A stretch of 64,000 nucleotides of DNA, from NCBI RefSeq assembly GCF_018350175.1, contig NC_058368.1, positions 101,124,001 through 101,188,000 of the forward strand. Reading direction: 5' to 3'. Each line of letters starts with the position of its first letter. Position 1 is the first letter of the stretch. Positions 49,135 to 60,270 of this stretch are shown here, piece by piece. The notes under the pieces were generated by a model. It made no database searches, was not told where the DNA came from, and saw only the letters and a program-made list of their open reading frames with translations. Origin of the DNA: Felis catus. Its lineage: Eukaryota. A program made the translations under genes and the position numbers.

Positions 49135-50050
49135 ATGTGTTCATTCATTGCGCAGATAGATGCTCATTGAACACCCGTAGTGAGCTAGTGTCTTCGTAGG
49201 TGCTGCAAATGCAGCAGCCAAAAAGCAGATGGGAATTCCTGCCCTCAGGGCACTTACATTCTAGTGGAGAGAGGCACAGGAATGAATAAATGAATGAATG
49301 AATGAATGAATACATGGCTTGTCAGGTGGTACATTTTGTAGAGTGGCCAACGCAGGGGAAGGGGTGAGGCATGCCAGGAGTTGTGAGTTGTGGTTGGCAG
49401 GAGTGAGCGGGGAAGCCCCTACCTGGAATGTGCCTTTGGGGTGAGATTGGCGAGGGAAGGATCAGCCACGTTTGCTATTTGGGAGAAGAATGTTCCAGGC
49501 GGCAAGATGAAAAGAGTGAAGGCCCCATGATGGGGATGTTTCTGGCCTGTTGGAAGGGTATCGTGGAGGTTAGCACGGGTGTTGTGGAGGGAGCGAGGTG
49601 AGGACGCGTTAACTCAGATGTGGGGTGGGACCGGAGCGGGGACCCCGTGGCGCCCAGGAGGCCCCTGTCGGAAGCCTGGCTTTTCCTCTGTTCGAGGGCC
49701 AGGCGGAGGGCGCTATGGCAGAGTTCTGGGCCGAAGAGTGAGATGTATTGGCTGCAGTGGTAACAAGATTACGCCGGCCATTGAGTGGAGACCAGACAGT
49801 AAGGGCGGAGGGTGGAGCAGGGAATCCAGTTCCAGGCTCCTGCAGGACTCCAGGGGAGAGGGGGTGGTAGTCCGGGCTAGTATAGACATGGTAGAGGTGG
49901 TGAGAAGTGGCTGGATTCTGGAAACGTTTTGAAAGTCAAGCCGGGAGTGCTTCCGGACACACTGGATGCTGAGCGAGAAAGAAAGGAGTCCAGGATAACT
50001 CTAAGGCTTTGGTCTGAGGAACTTGAAGAAAGGAATGGCCAGCTACTGAG
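49135..50050 (-). mobile_element. LINE-2 3' portion (about 0.9 kb)
   Basis: ttcattcatt tail, cctgccctcagggcacttacattctagtgg, gagaagtggctggattctggaaacgttttgaaagtcaagcc. Confidence 0.85.
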
Positions 50051-50093
50051 TTAGGAGTCAGAAATGGAAACCACCGTGGAATTACTTCTATTT

Positions 50094-50341
50094 AAAAAAA
50101 AAAAAAAAAAAAAGCTTATTTATTTATTTTGAGAGAGAGAGAGAGAGAGCGTGCGTTCATGTGCGCAAGCAGGAGGGGGCAGGGGGAGAGAGAGACAGAG
50201 AGAGAGAGAGAGAGTGTGTCCCAAGCAGGCTCCACACTGGTAGCGTAGAGCCGGACTCGGGGTTCACACTCACGAACACAAGATCATGACCTGAGCCGAA
50301 ATCAAGAGTTGGCGGCTCGAGCTGAGCCGCCCAGACGCCCC
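50094..50341 (-). mobile_element. Can-SINE, older subfamily
   Basis: agatcatgacctgagccgaaatcaagagtt...ccagacgcccc. Confidence 0.92.
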
Positions 50342-52687
50342 TAAGGTTTAAAAAATGGTTTCAGGTTATTTACTTGTTTTGTTGAGAAATAGTACACATG
50401 CACGTGAGGGGGAGCCATGGAATTACTCCCTAGGGAAGGCATTTCTTACCCTTGATGTGATCTCTGGGGTGGCAATCACACATTTGCAACATTGCTTGCA
50501 TTTGGTGTTGCTGTTACATGGATGAGACAGATGTAGGGGTTGGGCTGGAGGATTTTGGGATCTTGTGTGCCGTTCACAGCCACCGACAACAGGGATCTGA
50601 GAGTGCACCCTCTGGTCTTGAGATTCATTGCCGCAGTGTTATCAAAAGGGTACTTTCTGGAAACACCGGATGCTTTGCTTTTTAATCCTTCTGTCTCATA
50701 GAGTCCGACCGTGTAAAGCACTCTTGAGGCTGCTGATTAGAGTATTACGTTAACTCCACCGGGATAGATGTTCAACCATTTATTGAAATCCTTGGAAGAC
50801 AATGTGGAAAACTATAGCAGCCTGAAGTATCGCGGATTCGGTAGATAAATGAAGCGGCTCTTTTGGGTGTTGAGTTCCGAGCTCAAGGTGAGGGTGGAGG
50901 GAAGCTTCAAGAAAATTAAGTCATTGACTTAAACGCTCACCAGTGACAATCCCCCTTCCCCCTTAGGGTATTATAGGAATTTTATTTCAGTTCCTGTCTC
51001 ACAGTCATATATCTGTCATGTGATTGGCCACCCAAGAAACCAGCAGAAAGCTTCATCAGATAGTGTGGGGGAGATATATGACCGTAACTCTGAGATGGAT
51101 TCCCATTCCGCATGATTCACGGAGAGGGCTGGGAGTGCTTTATAATGAGGGTTCCTTATTCTGCACAGAGAAAATACTCTGCGTGATTTAAAAGCACAAA
51201 TGTGTGAGAGGGCATGGGCAGATAATTTAACAGATAGCCTTCCACAGCCCTGAGTAATTTAAATCATCTCAACTGGATTAGCAATTCTAAGACCATTTTT
51301 ATCCTACGGAGCGAGCCACAAAATAAATTAGGTACCTTAAAAAGCTTCTTGATACCAGAGACAAAATACCTCCACAGGGCCTCCTTCTCGTGCTCTGCAC
51401 ACACCAATTACTAAATGCCCGCCCCCCCCCCGATGAATATTGAGAATTTTTTTTGCCATTATTTGAAGGGATTAAACGTTTCAGCCAGATTTTTCTTTGT
51501 TAATGAAGTTGATACCTGGCCCAAGACATTCAAGGGAAATATGATTTTACTTAGCAAATGATACTTATTAAGCCCTTTCATTTATGAAAATATCGTTTTC
51601 TTCCCATGGTTCTTTCAACAATGAAAGTACACATTTCCTATTGAGCGTGTGCGGTGGGTTCAGGCCTCAGTGACTGCCCCCCTCCAGCGGCAGCTGAGAG
51701 GCGGTGGGGGCACACTCAGGTGCCCAGACAAGCCCCCGAAAGCCGCCTTGCTGCTCAAAGAGAAGGCATCGTTTGACACAGGCATTTGGGTTCTGGAAGC
51801 AATTCCTATGTTATTTTCTTTGTAAAAAACCATGGTTATAAATGTAATAGAGCTCCAAGCAGAGAGCCGCTCCATCCACCCTAGACCTTCCAGAAGAGCC
51901 CGAAGGAAAGCCTGTGTCGACAGATTGCATCCGCGAGAAGGAATGAGGCTCCCCAAAGCTTCCAGTGGGGGATTAGCTCCTGCGGAGTGTAAAGACCAGA
52001 GTGTATTCATATTCATTTCAGAGGAAGTGGAAAAAAAAAAAACCAGGGAATAAATGTTAAACAAGTCTTCCTGCTGCTTTTTCTGTCTTGGCAAGGGAAG
52101 CCAAGGTAACAAGAATGTGAGAGGCAGTGGCCGAGGCAGTGGGCGCACTGCCCCCTTCCGCTCCCCTCTTCCTCTTGATTTTACAGAGCAGAAAACAAAA
52201 AGGGGCACCTCTGCCTCATGCCCCTTACCCTGTCACACCACCGAGAGGGAGGCGCTAGGCCCAGGCTCAAGCTTACATCTGGAAACACGGAGGAGTTTCC
52301 ATTCCAGTTGGGTCCCGCAGGGCCATCTGTGTGCCAAGCTCCGTGGGGAGGGTTGTGACGAGGTAGAGGAGCTCAGACCCTGTCCTCAGGTCTAGAAGAA
52401 AGCACTGGAACACACAGCGTACCAACCAGATACAACACAGGAACCGGGTGACATGGCCACGGCTGTGAGCCTTAGCTCGGGGGAATTGGGCTGAGCATTC
52501 GTGAGGTTGGTAGGAGTCCAGGCTCCAGGCCCTTTGAGTACCATGGGCAGCTGGGATTTGCCTCTTCACTTAAGCCCGGGAACTAGAAGTTCCTGTTCTC
52601 TCCCTGACTGGGGACTAGAAAAATACTACCCACAGTCCTGGAAGCCAAGGAAACGTCCGTCTCAGGCCATTGGTAAAAGCAGTGCCT

Positions 52688-52885
52688 GGGGTGCCTGGGT
52701 GGTTCTGTCAGTTGAGCATCCAACTTCAGCTCAGGCCACGATCCCATGGTTCTTGAGTTCGAGACCTATGACGGACTCACTGCTATCGTTGCAGAGCCTG
52801 CTTCGGATTTTCTGTCCCCCTCTCTCTCTCTGCCCCTCCCCTGGTCGTGCATGCTTTCTCTCTCTCTCTCAAAAACATAAAAACA
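52688..52885 (+). mobile_element. Can-SINE
   Basis: ggggtgcctgggtggttctgtcagttgagc head. Confidence 0.92.
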
Positions 52886-53249
52886 AGCAAACAATGCCAC
52901 ACTCTAAAAGCCAGCCCTGGCTATGGGATGTTGTGGGGTTGATTTTGTACTGCCTGCCAGGTCTGGAAACCCTGGGCCAACAGAGATTGGTCAAGAACTG
53001 GAGAAACCTGTAGGGTGCTAAAGGAAGCAAAGAGAAGTCACCCCCTAGGGATGCCTCGGTACCTGCACAGGACTCCCAACAGAAGGCAGCCGCTGCTGAG
53101 AACGCATCTGCAGTGAGAAGTGACAAAAAACACAGGGAAACCCACTGTTGTCAGAGATTCGGTCTCTTTGGGTGCTTTGGAATGCTCTGGGGGTACCACC
53201 TAGATCCCAACCTTGCTATTAGATTGAGGCACTCATTCCCCTGGTGGGG

Positions 53250-53597
53250 GGGGGGGGAGATTAAGGGGCTGCTGGCCTCAGAGGAGTTTGTCTCCAGGAA
53301 GTACCTTCAGCCTAAGAGAGCCACTTTGCCCTTGGTCCTACTCCCCCTCTGTGTAGCCCATGTTCAGTGACTGGGCATTGTGGGTGGAGGCTACCAGGGA
53401 CTGGTTCCCTTGCCCCAAAACAGGACGCCTGTGAAGGACCTCCATCTCCAGAATTGTCCCGTCTCCTCCCTGGACAGAGTTCTCTTGCCTCACTTCCCTA
53501 GAGGTATTGATCCCAGGAGCACTCCTCCGGGAACCTCGTGCACACAAAACTGCAAATCTGCATTTCAGTGCCTTTCCCCGGGGGACCCGATTTAGGT
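53250..53597 (+). mobile_element. ERVL-type LTR relic (LTR16/LTR33-like 3' end)
   Basis: ggtattgatcccaggagcactcc...gcaaatctgcatttcagtgcctttccccggggacccga; left boundary uncertain. Confidence 0.5.
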
Positions 53598-53749
53598 GTT
53601 CCGAGATTTGTGTCTTCAGTCCAGACCTCTGTACTGATCCCCACATTCCTATGTAGTTGTGTGCTCCGTATCTGTCCTGGTATCGGACCGGAGTGCCCAG
53701 CTGGGCACATACCGCTGAAACCATTCTGCCCCTCCTCTAGTTCAGTAGC

Positions 53750-54720
53750 TCAGCCCCATTCATCCAGTTCTTTCTAGAAACATTGGCATCTCACTTTTAG
53801 TCACCCTTCTATCTAATCACTTACAAAGCCCTGTTGATTGTATATTCTGGGTTTTTTTTAATTTAAGTGTATTTATTTACTTTTGAGAGAGAGAGGAAGA
53901 CAAACAATCCCAAGCAGTCTCTGCGCTGGCAGTGGGACTCGATGCCATCAACCATGAGATCATGAGCTGAAATCCAGAGTCCGATGCTCAACTGACAGAG
54001 CCACCCAGGTGCCCCATGGCTTGCCATTACTCTTATAATGGGTCCCCAGGTCTTTAATATGGTAGCCTATGGGCCACACAGAGTCTCCAGAAAGTATTTC
54101 CTACGGTTCATGTCCCGTTTTATCAAATTAGAACTCACGCGTCATTAGACTGGCCATGACCCGTTCAGTTTGTTACAGACCCTGCGTCCTCCCTTGAGCT
54201 CCTGCTCACCTCAGCCTGTCAGGTAGACCCCGTAGCAGAGCTGCCCATGTTGCATCCCCTCACATTGCCTTTTGTTCCCCCTTTCCACCTGACACCTGTG
54301 TGCCTTTTGGCACTCACATTCAAGGTCACTGCCTGAGAGAAGCTGTCCCGCACCCCCCTCCCCCCACCTTTCCTGGAGCCTCTTCGTCTCTCTCATAGCA
54401 TGCGTCACACTTGGAGCACCTGTGTCTTGTAAGTGCTCACGTACACGCCCCCCCCCAGCCCCCCCCCCCCCCCCCCGCCACGTTTTGTTCTTTTTGTTCC
54501 TTCTGAACCTGGGAGATGCCTTACAGTTAATGGTGCAACCTGCAATTAATGGGATTTTAGATTTGACGACACTGAGAACTCACTTGCAAAAACCTTTTGT
54601 TTGATAGCTCTCTCACTAGAGTGTAAGTGGTCTGAGGACAGGGGTCGGGGCTTGCTTTTCCCCCCGTACCCACGGCACCAGCAGCTCACGAAATATTGGC
54701 GGACTGAATGAATGGACAGA
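53750..54720 (+). mobile_element. LINE-2 3' portion interrupted by a SINE
   Basis: ctctcactagagtgtaagtggtctgaggacagggg...aaatattggcggactgaatgaatg tail. Confidence 0.75.
53851..54015 (-). mobile_element. Can-SINE, older and shortened
   Basis: gagctgaaatccagagtccgatgctcaactgacagagccacccaggtgcccc. Confidence 0.88.
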
Positions 54721-55906
54721 GGGTGGTTGTACGGATCCTGCATGGGCCCCTCTCACTGTTGTAATTTCCCAGGGTTTGCCAAGTTCGTGTTCTTCCTTGA
54801 CTCTATACCCTGTAGGGCTTTGCCGGTTTTCCCTCTACCCCCTTAATCTTTGTCTGGTAGAAGGAAGAGATTTTCCCAGCTCACTGTGTCTTCGTGTGGA
54901 AACCCCTCATTTTCTAGGCCACTTTAGTTCATCATCTCTGGGCCTTTTGCAGGCGTCTGCAAGGTCTGTCACCTTTCCGGTCATTTTGTTCATACTTTTG
55001 GATTGCCATAGCCCATGGGGCTCTAATTTAGGAAGAATAGTCTTCTGTGTCCTTTAAATCCTTCTTTAGAAAAACTGTAATTTGTAGATACCAAGAGTCC
55101 TATGAAAGTGTGCAGGAACTCTGTGGGACAGTTTAGAGATCACATATGGTTGCTTTTGTGATAATTATTTCTTCCCGCCATTACTTTCTCCTCTCTCTAC
55201 GTTATGTGCTCATTTGATTCATTTGTACGGACGATTCAATTGATTCACTCGTACAGTAAAGGATCCCATACCAAAAGTAGAGTCTAGAGTGTAGAATATA
55301 GAGTGTAGTTGCTTCTTCTGTCTTGAAAGCGTATTACCTTTGCTTTGAGGTGTCCCAGAGAAGGAAATAATGAGACAGGGCATAATTTTGTTCCAACCAT
55401 TTTCACTGTTACTGCCTCATATTATTATCATTACCTCTGATCCCAAATATCCTAGATTATTTTACAAACTGGTATACGTTTTTATCACCCTGTTGACGTT
55501 GCTCATTAGAGTTAAATTCATTTGCTTACCCATTCTCGTGCTTAATATAAAGGTGAGGCAACCGTAACCATTTTTGAAAATCTATGAGGTTATTTTCCAA
55601 GAGAAGTTGGAAGTCAGAATTCACAATCTATACTTAAAGTATTCTTTATATTAATTTCCCCAGAGTGAAGTTTCTGGCTGGTTACCCTGCTCTCGTGCAC
55701 ACTGATGACATCTTCATTAGACAGTCTTTCCAACGTGTCTTCCTTTAGTCTGCCATTTCCCAACCTGCAAGAACTTAGTGTTGCCTAGAAATGTGTGTGT
55801 TCCCCTGTGCCTTGTCTCTTCTGGATAAGTTATAAACAGGGTACACAAAACGAGTTCTACACTGATCTCTGACAATGCTGCTGTTATCTTTTACTAACAA
55901 AGTGCT

Positions 55907-56105
55907 GGAGCGCCCGGGTGGCTCAGTCGGTTAAGCGTCCGACTTCAGCTCTGGTCATGATCTCGTGGTCTGTGAGTTGGAGCCCCGCGTTGGGCTCTGT
56001 GCTGACAGCTCAGAACCTGGATCCTGTTTCAGATTCTGTGTCTCCCTCTTTCTCCTCCCCCCGCTTGTGCTTGGTCAAAAATAAATAAACATTAAAAAAA
56101 AAAAA
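55907..56105 (+). mobile_element. Can-SINE
   Basis: Full element. Confidence 0.95.
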
Positions 56106-56152
56106 CTACTAAAACATTCCTCCTGATTTTACCTGTTTAAAGAGTAACATTC

Positions 56153-56316
56153 AGGACGCCAGGGTGGCTCACGTGGTTAAGCATCTGAGTTTCGATTCAG
56201 GTCATGATCGCACAGTTCGTGGGATCCAGCCCCACATTGGGATCAGTGCTGACAGCATGACAGCACAGAGCCTGCTTGAGATTCTCTCAGTCTCCATCTC
56301 TCTCTGCTCCTTCCCT

Positions 56317-56392
<76 letters not shown>

Positions 56393-56427
56393 ACACACAC
56401 ACACACACACACACTAGATGAACATTA
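56153..56427 (+). mobile_element. Can-SINE, older subfamily, with expanded (CT)n(CA)n
   Basis: aggacgccagggtggctcacgtggttaagc head. Confidence 0.9.
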
Positions 56428-56652
56428 GGGGTGCCTGGCTAGCTCAGTCAGTTAAACATTTGACTTCGGCTCAGGTGTCATGATCTTGCAATCCGTAAGT
56501 TCGAGCCCCGCGTCGGGCTCTGTGCTGACAGCTCAGACCCTGGAGCCTGCTGTGGATTCTGGGTCTCCCCCTCTCTGCCCCTTCCCCACTCATGCTCTTT
56601 CTCTTTCTCTCTCAAAAATAAGTAAACATTTAAAAAATTAAATAAAAAAAAA
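56428..56652 (+). mobile_element. Can-SINE at the tail of the previous element
   Basis: ggggtgcctggctagctcagtcag head directly after gaacatta. Confidence 0.93.
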
Positions 56653-56929
56653 CGTTCTGTGTGCAAAGATTTTCTTTTGAAAGTCTGAAACATATGGGCA
56701 AATTTCATATTGATTATACATTTTTGCCTCAGAAGTTGAAATTACGTGTAAATATTTATATACAGAATATAGACATATAAACGTGTATATGGGTATGTAT
56801 CAGTATTTGTATAGTGTACATGTATATATGACATCTATGTTTATGTTTATCCTATATTTGCATACATGCCAAACCCTATGCTACCTATAAGATGTTCTTT
56901 TTACTTTTGAAACACAGCTGGTGAGTGAT

Positions 56930-57092
56930 GAACGGTCTAGGAGTGTGGCTAAAAAAATGACTTGGCAGTTAGAAGGCTAAAGCTTCCAGGTCAGATGTGT
57001 CCTCTGTATGTGTGACCCTGGTCGAGTTACAGTATTGGACCTTCTGGGGCTTCAGCTTTTTTTATTTGTAATAAGAGAGGGTTGGATTAGAT
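56930..57092 (+). mobile_element. MIR
   Basis: tgtgtgaccctggtcgagtta...cttcagcttttttatttgtaataagagagggttggattagatc. Confidence 0.7.
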
Positions 57093-57435
57093 CAGTGATT
57101 TTGGAACCTGATTGTACATTAGAAGTACTTGAGGGAGCCTCTAAAAATGCAGATGCCCAGGCCCTACCAAGAGCTTGTGATTTAATTTTTTTAAGCGTAT
57201 TTTATTTACTTATTTGAGACAGAGCTGGGAGGGACAGAGAGAGGGAGGGAGAGAGAGACTCCCAAGCCCTGCCAGCACACTGCCTACACAGAGCCTGCTG
57301 TGGGTCTTGAACTGATGAACTGTGAGATCATGACCTGAGCCAAAACCAAGAGTTGGAGGCATTTTAATGGACTGAGCCATCCTGGTGCCTCTGTGATTTT
57401 AACTTTTTAAAAGCCTCCCCTGTGAGTATAAGGTG
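57093..57435. mobile_element. MER5A-like DNA transposon split by a SINE
   Basis: cagtgattttggaacctgattgtacattagaa...aaaatgcagatgcccaggccc; resumes at tttttaaaagcctcccctgtga. Confidence 0.7.
57186..57389 (-). mobile_element. Can-SINE, older subfamily
   Basis: TSD tgtgattt. Confidence 0.9.
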
Positions 57436-57914
57436 CATTCAACTACATAGACTTCTTCCCAGGTCTGTGAATCTCTTTATTTTCCCTTCCCAAGACAGGA
57501 TGGGCCATGCCGACAGAGTCCTGTACACAGAGCTGTTCCTTTTATTGGATGCGTGTCACAGCTGTGATTGTACAGAACACTGTCTGGGTTGGAAGGCCCT
57601 TAGCGGCAGCCCATCATCCCCCATGAGTCTCTGCATATGGTCTCTCCCTGTCCTCTCAAGCGTGGAGCCTCCCCGTGTCCACGGTCCACTACCATTTTCT
57701 CTTTGTAGTCAAGCACGCTTGAGTTTGCATGGTACGTGGGCATCTCAGCGATGGTCTGAGGGAAGGATGAGAGCCCTCACTTTGTATGTGTCCTCCCTTG
57801 TGGCCTTGAACCAGTGGCCAAGGGCCATAGGTTACTTCCCACGACCCATCTTTTGGCCTGTCAACCTCTTCAAATTTTTTGGCCTCTAATTTTCTTCTTT
57901 GGCCACCCTGTGAC

Positions 57915-58143
57915 TTTTTTTTTTTAAACTTTTATTTTAATGTTTTTATTTATTTTTGAAGGAGAGAGAGAGACAGAGCATGAGCAGGGGAGGAGCAGAG
58001 AGAGAGGGAGACAGAATTCGAAGCAAGCTCCAGGCTCTAAGCTGTCAGCACAGAGACTGATGTGGGGCTTGAACCCACAAACTGTGAGATCATGACCTGA
58101 GCCGAAGCCGGACGCTCAACTGACTGAGCCACCCAGGCACCCC
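57915..58143 (-). mobile_element. Can-SINE
   Basis: TSD ggcc...cctgtgactttt. Confidence 0.95.
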
Positions 58144-58734
58144 TCGGCCCTCCTGTGACTTTTAATCTCTTTGACCCCTGAAATAACCAGTTAATACATT
58201 TTATTGCCACAGTACTGACTTAATACAAGAATAATAGTTTGAAAGCATATTCTAATCACCTTTCACCCTGTGGATTGACCAGCGAGTGCATGATGTGGAT
58301 TATTAGCACCGTAACAACTTAAAGAAAAACAGATTTCACATGTATTAGGTTTCCTTCCTCAAAAATGTTTCTTCTTTTGCTGCTTTTACCACCATTCCAG
58401 TTTACATCCATCTTCCTTCATTCCAGTGTCTTCCCTAAAATAAGAGTAATGGTGGTCGTCGTTGATGGATACTTCCATTATTGCATTTCCGTGTCATGAC
58501 GGGGTTTAAAGATGAAGCCACTGCCCTTAGGCCTCAGCATCTGTGGCGTGGCACTTTCTACATTCTGTGCATTAACTTAATCCATAGGGGGACCGTTTTA
58601 CATCTTACCAAGGATGCGGTTGTAGATGTCAACGTTCTGTACTTGCCACTGGTCGCAAGAGTATTAGAGAGCAGTGTGAAAATGGAGGCTGTCTCAACCC
58701 CTTAGCCCTGCTGCGGTTACTTTTAGGATTATGA

Positions 58735-58912
58735 CTCCCACTGTCCTCATCTTACAGATGGGGAAGCTGAGGCACAAGGCGATTTTGAATAACTTAGATG
58801 AGATGACTAAGCTAATACAAGGCAGAGTCAGGATTCGAACCCAGGTCTCCCCGGTCCCAAACCCGAGTTGCCAGCGCTATGCTGTCTTCGACTCTGACCT
58901 TAGCTACTGCAC
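58735..58912 (-). mobile_element. MIR
   Basis: cctcatcttacagatgggaagctgaggcacaagg...ggcagagtcaggattcgaacccaggtct. Confidence 0.85.
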
Positions 58913-59658
58913 CCTGTCTGTAAGTCACATCTGACTCAAACCCTTTTTTCTTGCTGTTTCTGTACAGAAACGGTCTCTGTTTCCTAGACGTGACGTATTT
59001 ATTTATTTATCTGGACTTTATAGAGCCTCTGAGGTTTACCTCCTCTTGGACCCCTTGTTCCCATGGCGTCGAGAACCATGCCGTTTGGTCAGCCTGTCTC
59101 CCTCACCATCCTACTAAGGTGCCAGACTATTGTCTGTAGGCATCTTTCACCTCGTTCCCTTCGTCTTTCAGCCAGTTTTTCTGGAATGTCGCATGCTGGC
59201 AAGGTTCGGTGGAAGGCCTAAAATCCTGGGAGCCCAAATCTGTCTTCTCAGACATTGCTCGGGGTTGCCTTCTGTGGGCAGAACCCCCCCCCCCCCCGCC
59301 ATTCTCTCCCCTCTCTTCTCCTTTTGCTGTTTTTGCCTTCTCGACTCTCTCCAAGCCTAGGGTGCAGTGTGGAGCCTCATTCTGGAGTCTTTATGTCTCT
59401 ACCCGTAAGTGAACTGTGAGGCAAAGACGATGTGTAAACAACCCTGAGCGTATAGTATGTGCTTAATGAAGAGGCACTGAGTGAGATAGGAATTTGTGAC
59501 ATTAGTGCTTTCTTTTCCCCTTCAAGTCAAGTAATTTGGAGTCCAGAAAAACGAATGTTGACAATGGTGATGTAAAGGAATTTTTAGAAGCATGTGTAAT
59601 GGTGCTTCTTGGAAAGGCTCACGAAACTGATCTTCTGACACTCTTCCTGTTCTCCCAG

Positions 59659-60001
59659 TAAACGTCCCCTCCACGGTCATGGAGGCCATGTGCAGACAAG
59701 ACGCCCTGCAGCCTTTCAGCAAGAGCAGCAAACTGCCCCCGGCCGCCCAGCAGCGTTCTGTGGTTTTCCCACAGACGCCGTGCAGCAGGAACTTCTCTCT
59801 CCTGGATAAGTCTGGGCCCATGGAGTCAGGATTTAACCAAATCAACGTGAAAAACCAGCGAGTCCTGGCCAGCCCGACCTCCACGAGCCAGCTCCACTCG
59901 GAGTTCAGTGACTGGCACCTTTGGAAGTGCGGGCAGTGCTTTAAGACTTTCACGCAGCGGATCCTCTTGCAGATGCACGTGTGCACGCAGAACCCCGACA
60001 G
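59659..60001 (+). CDS. PRDM6: PRDM6 coding exon (343 nt, probably exon 6): linker and first zinc finger, (L)[19 protein letters not shown]...[26 protein letters not shown](R)
   Basis: Acceptor ctcttcctgttctcccag|, donor AG|gtaacc. Phase joins the previous exon (T+TA=Leu). Overlaps ORF 59679..60005; contains CxxC-x12-H. Confidence 0.97.
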
Positions 60002-60270
60002 GTAACCCCGACTCTTGGCCGCTCCCCTCGTGTTTGCTCAGTGAGACCCATTGCCTGCCTTCCACCAGGCCCAGGCGCCTCCCGCAGCCGCCCACGACGG
60101 GAGGTGTGTGCGCGCGTTCTGGAAGGTCAGAGATGAGTGGCGGGGCCGCTGATGGACTTTTTACTGTGTAGCCGGGCTACGGGAACGACAGAGGTCGCAG
60201 GGAGGGACCTTGCTCTCGCTTTCCAGACAGTTCTGTCCGGGTCTAAAGGGGAACAAAGCAGACGGCGCAT
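59660..60270. other. CpG-rich intragenic segment (third exon plus start of the following intron)
   Basis: Roughly 40 CpGs in about 600 bp by eye, far above the window background. Confidence 0.55.

Noticed and set aside
51670..51695. CTCF site
   Set aside because: Several core positions mismatch the consensus.
51660..52208. Longest ORF (182 aa, - strand), and similar 5900-6373, 52501-53013, 57422-57889, 59522-59986
   Set aside because: No recognisable domain; these are chance ORFs, SINE overlaps, or the antisense shadow of the PRDM6 exon.
3431..56708. Many ORFs with motifs such as GAWVAQSVK, SSEPGACF or poly-(SL)/(ER)/(HT)
   Set aside because: Translations of Can-SINEs and microsatellites, not genes.
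59679..60005. Stand-alone 108-aa gene
   Set aside because: It is an internal exon; its TAA is part of the splice donor (AG|gtaa).
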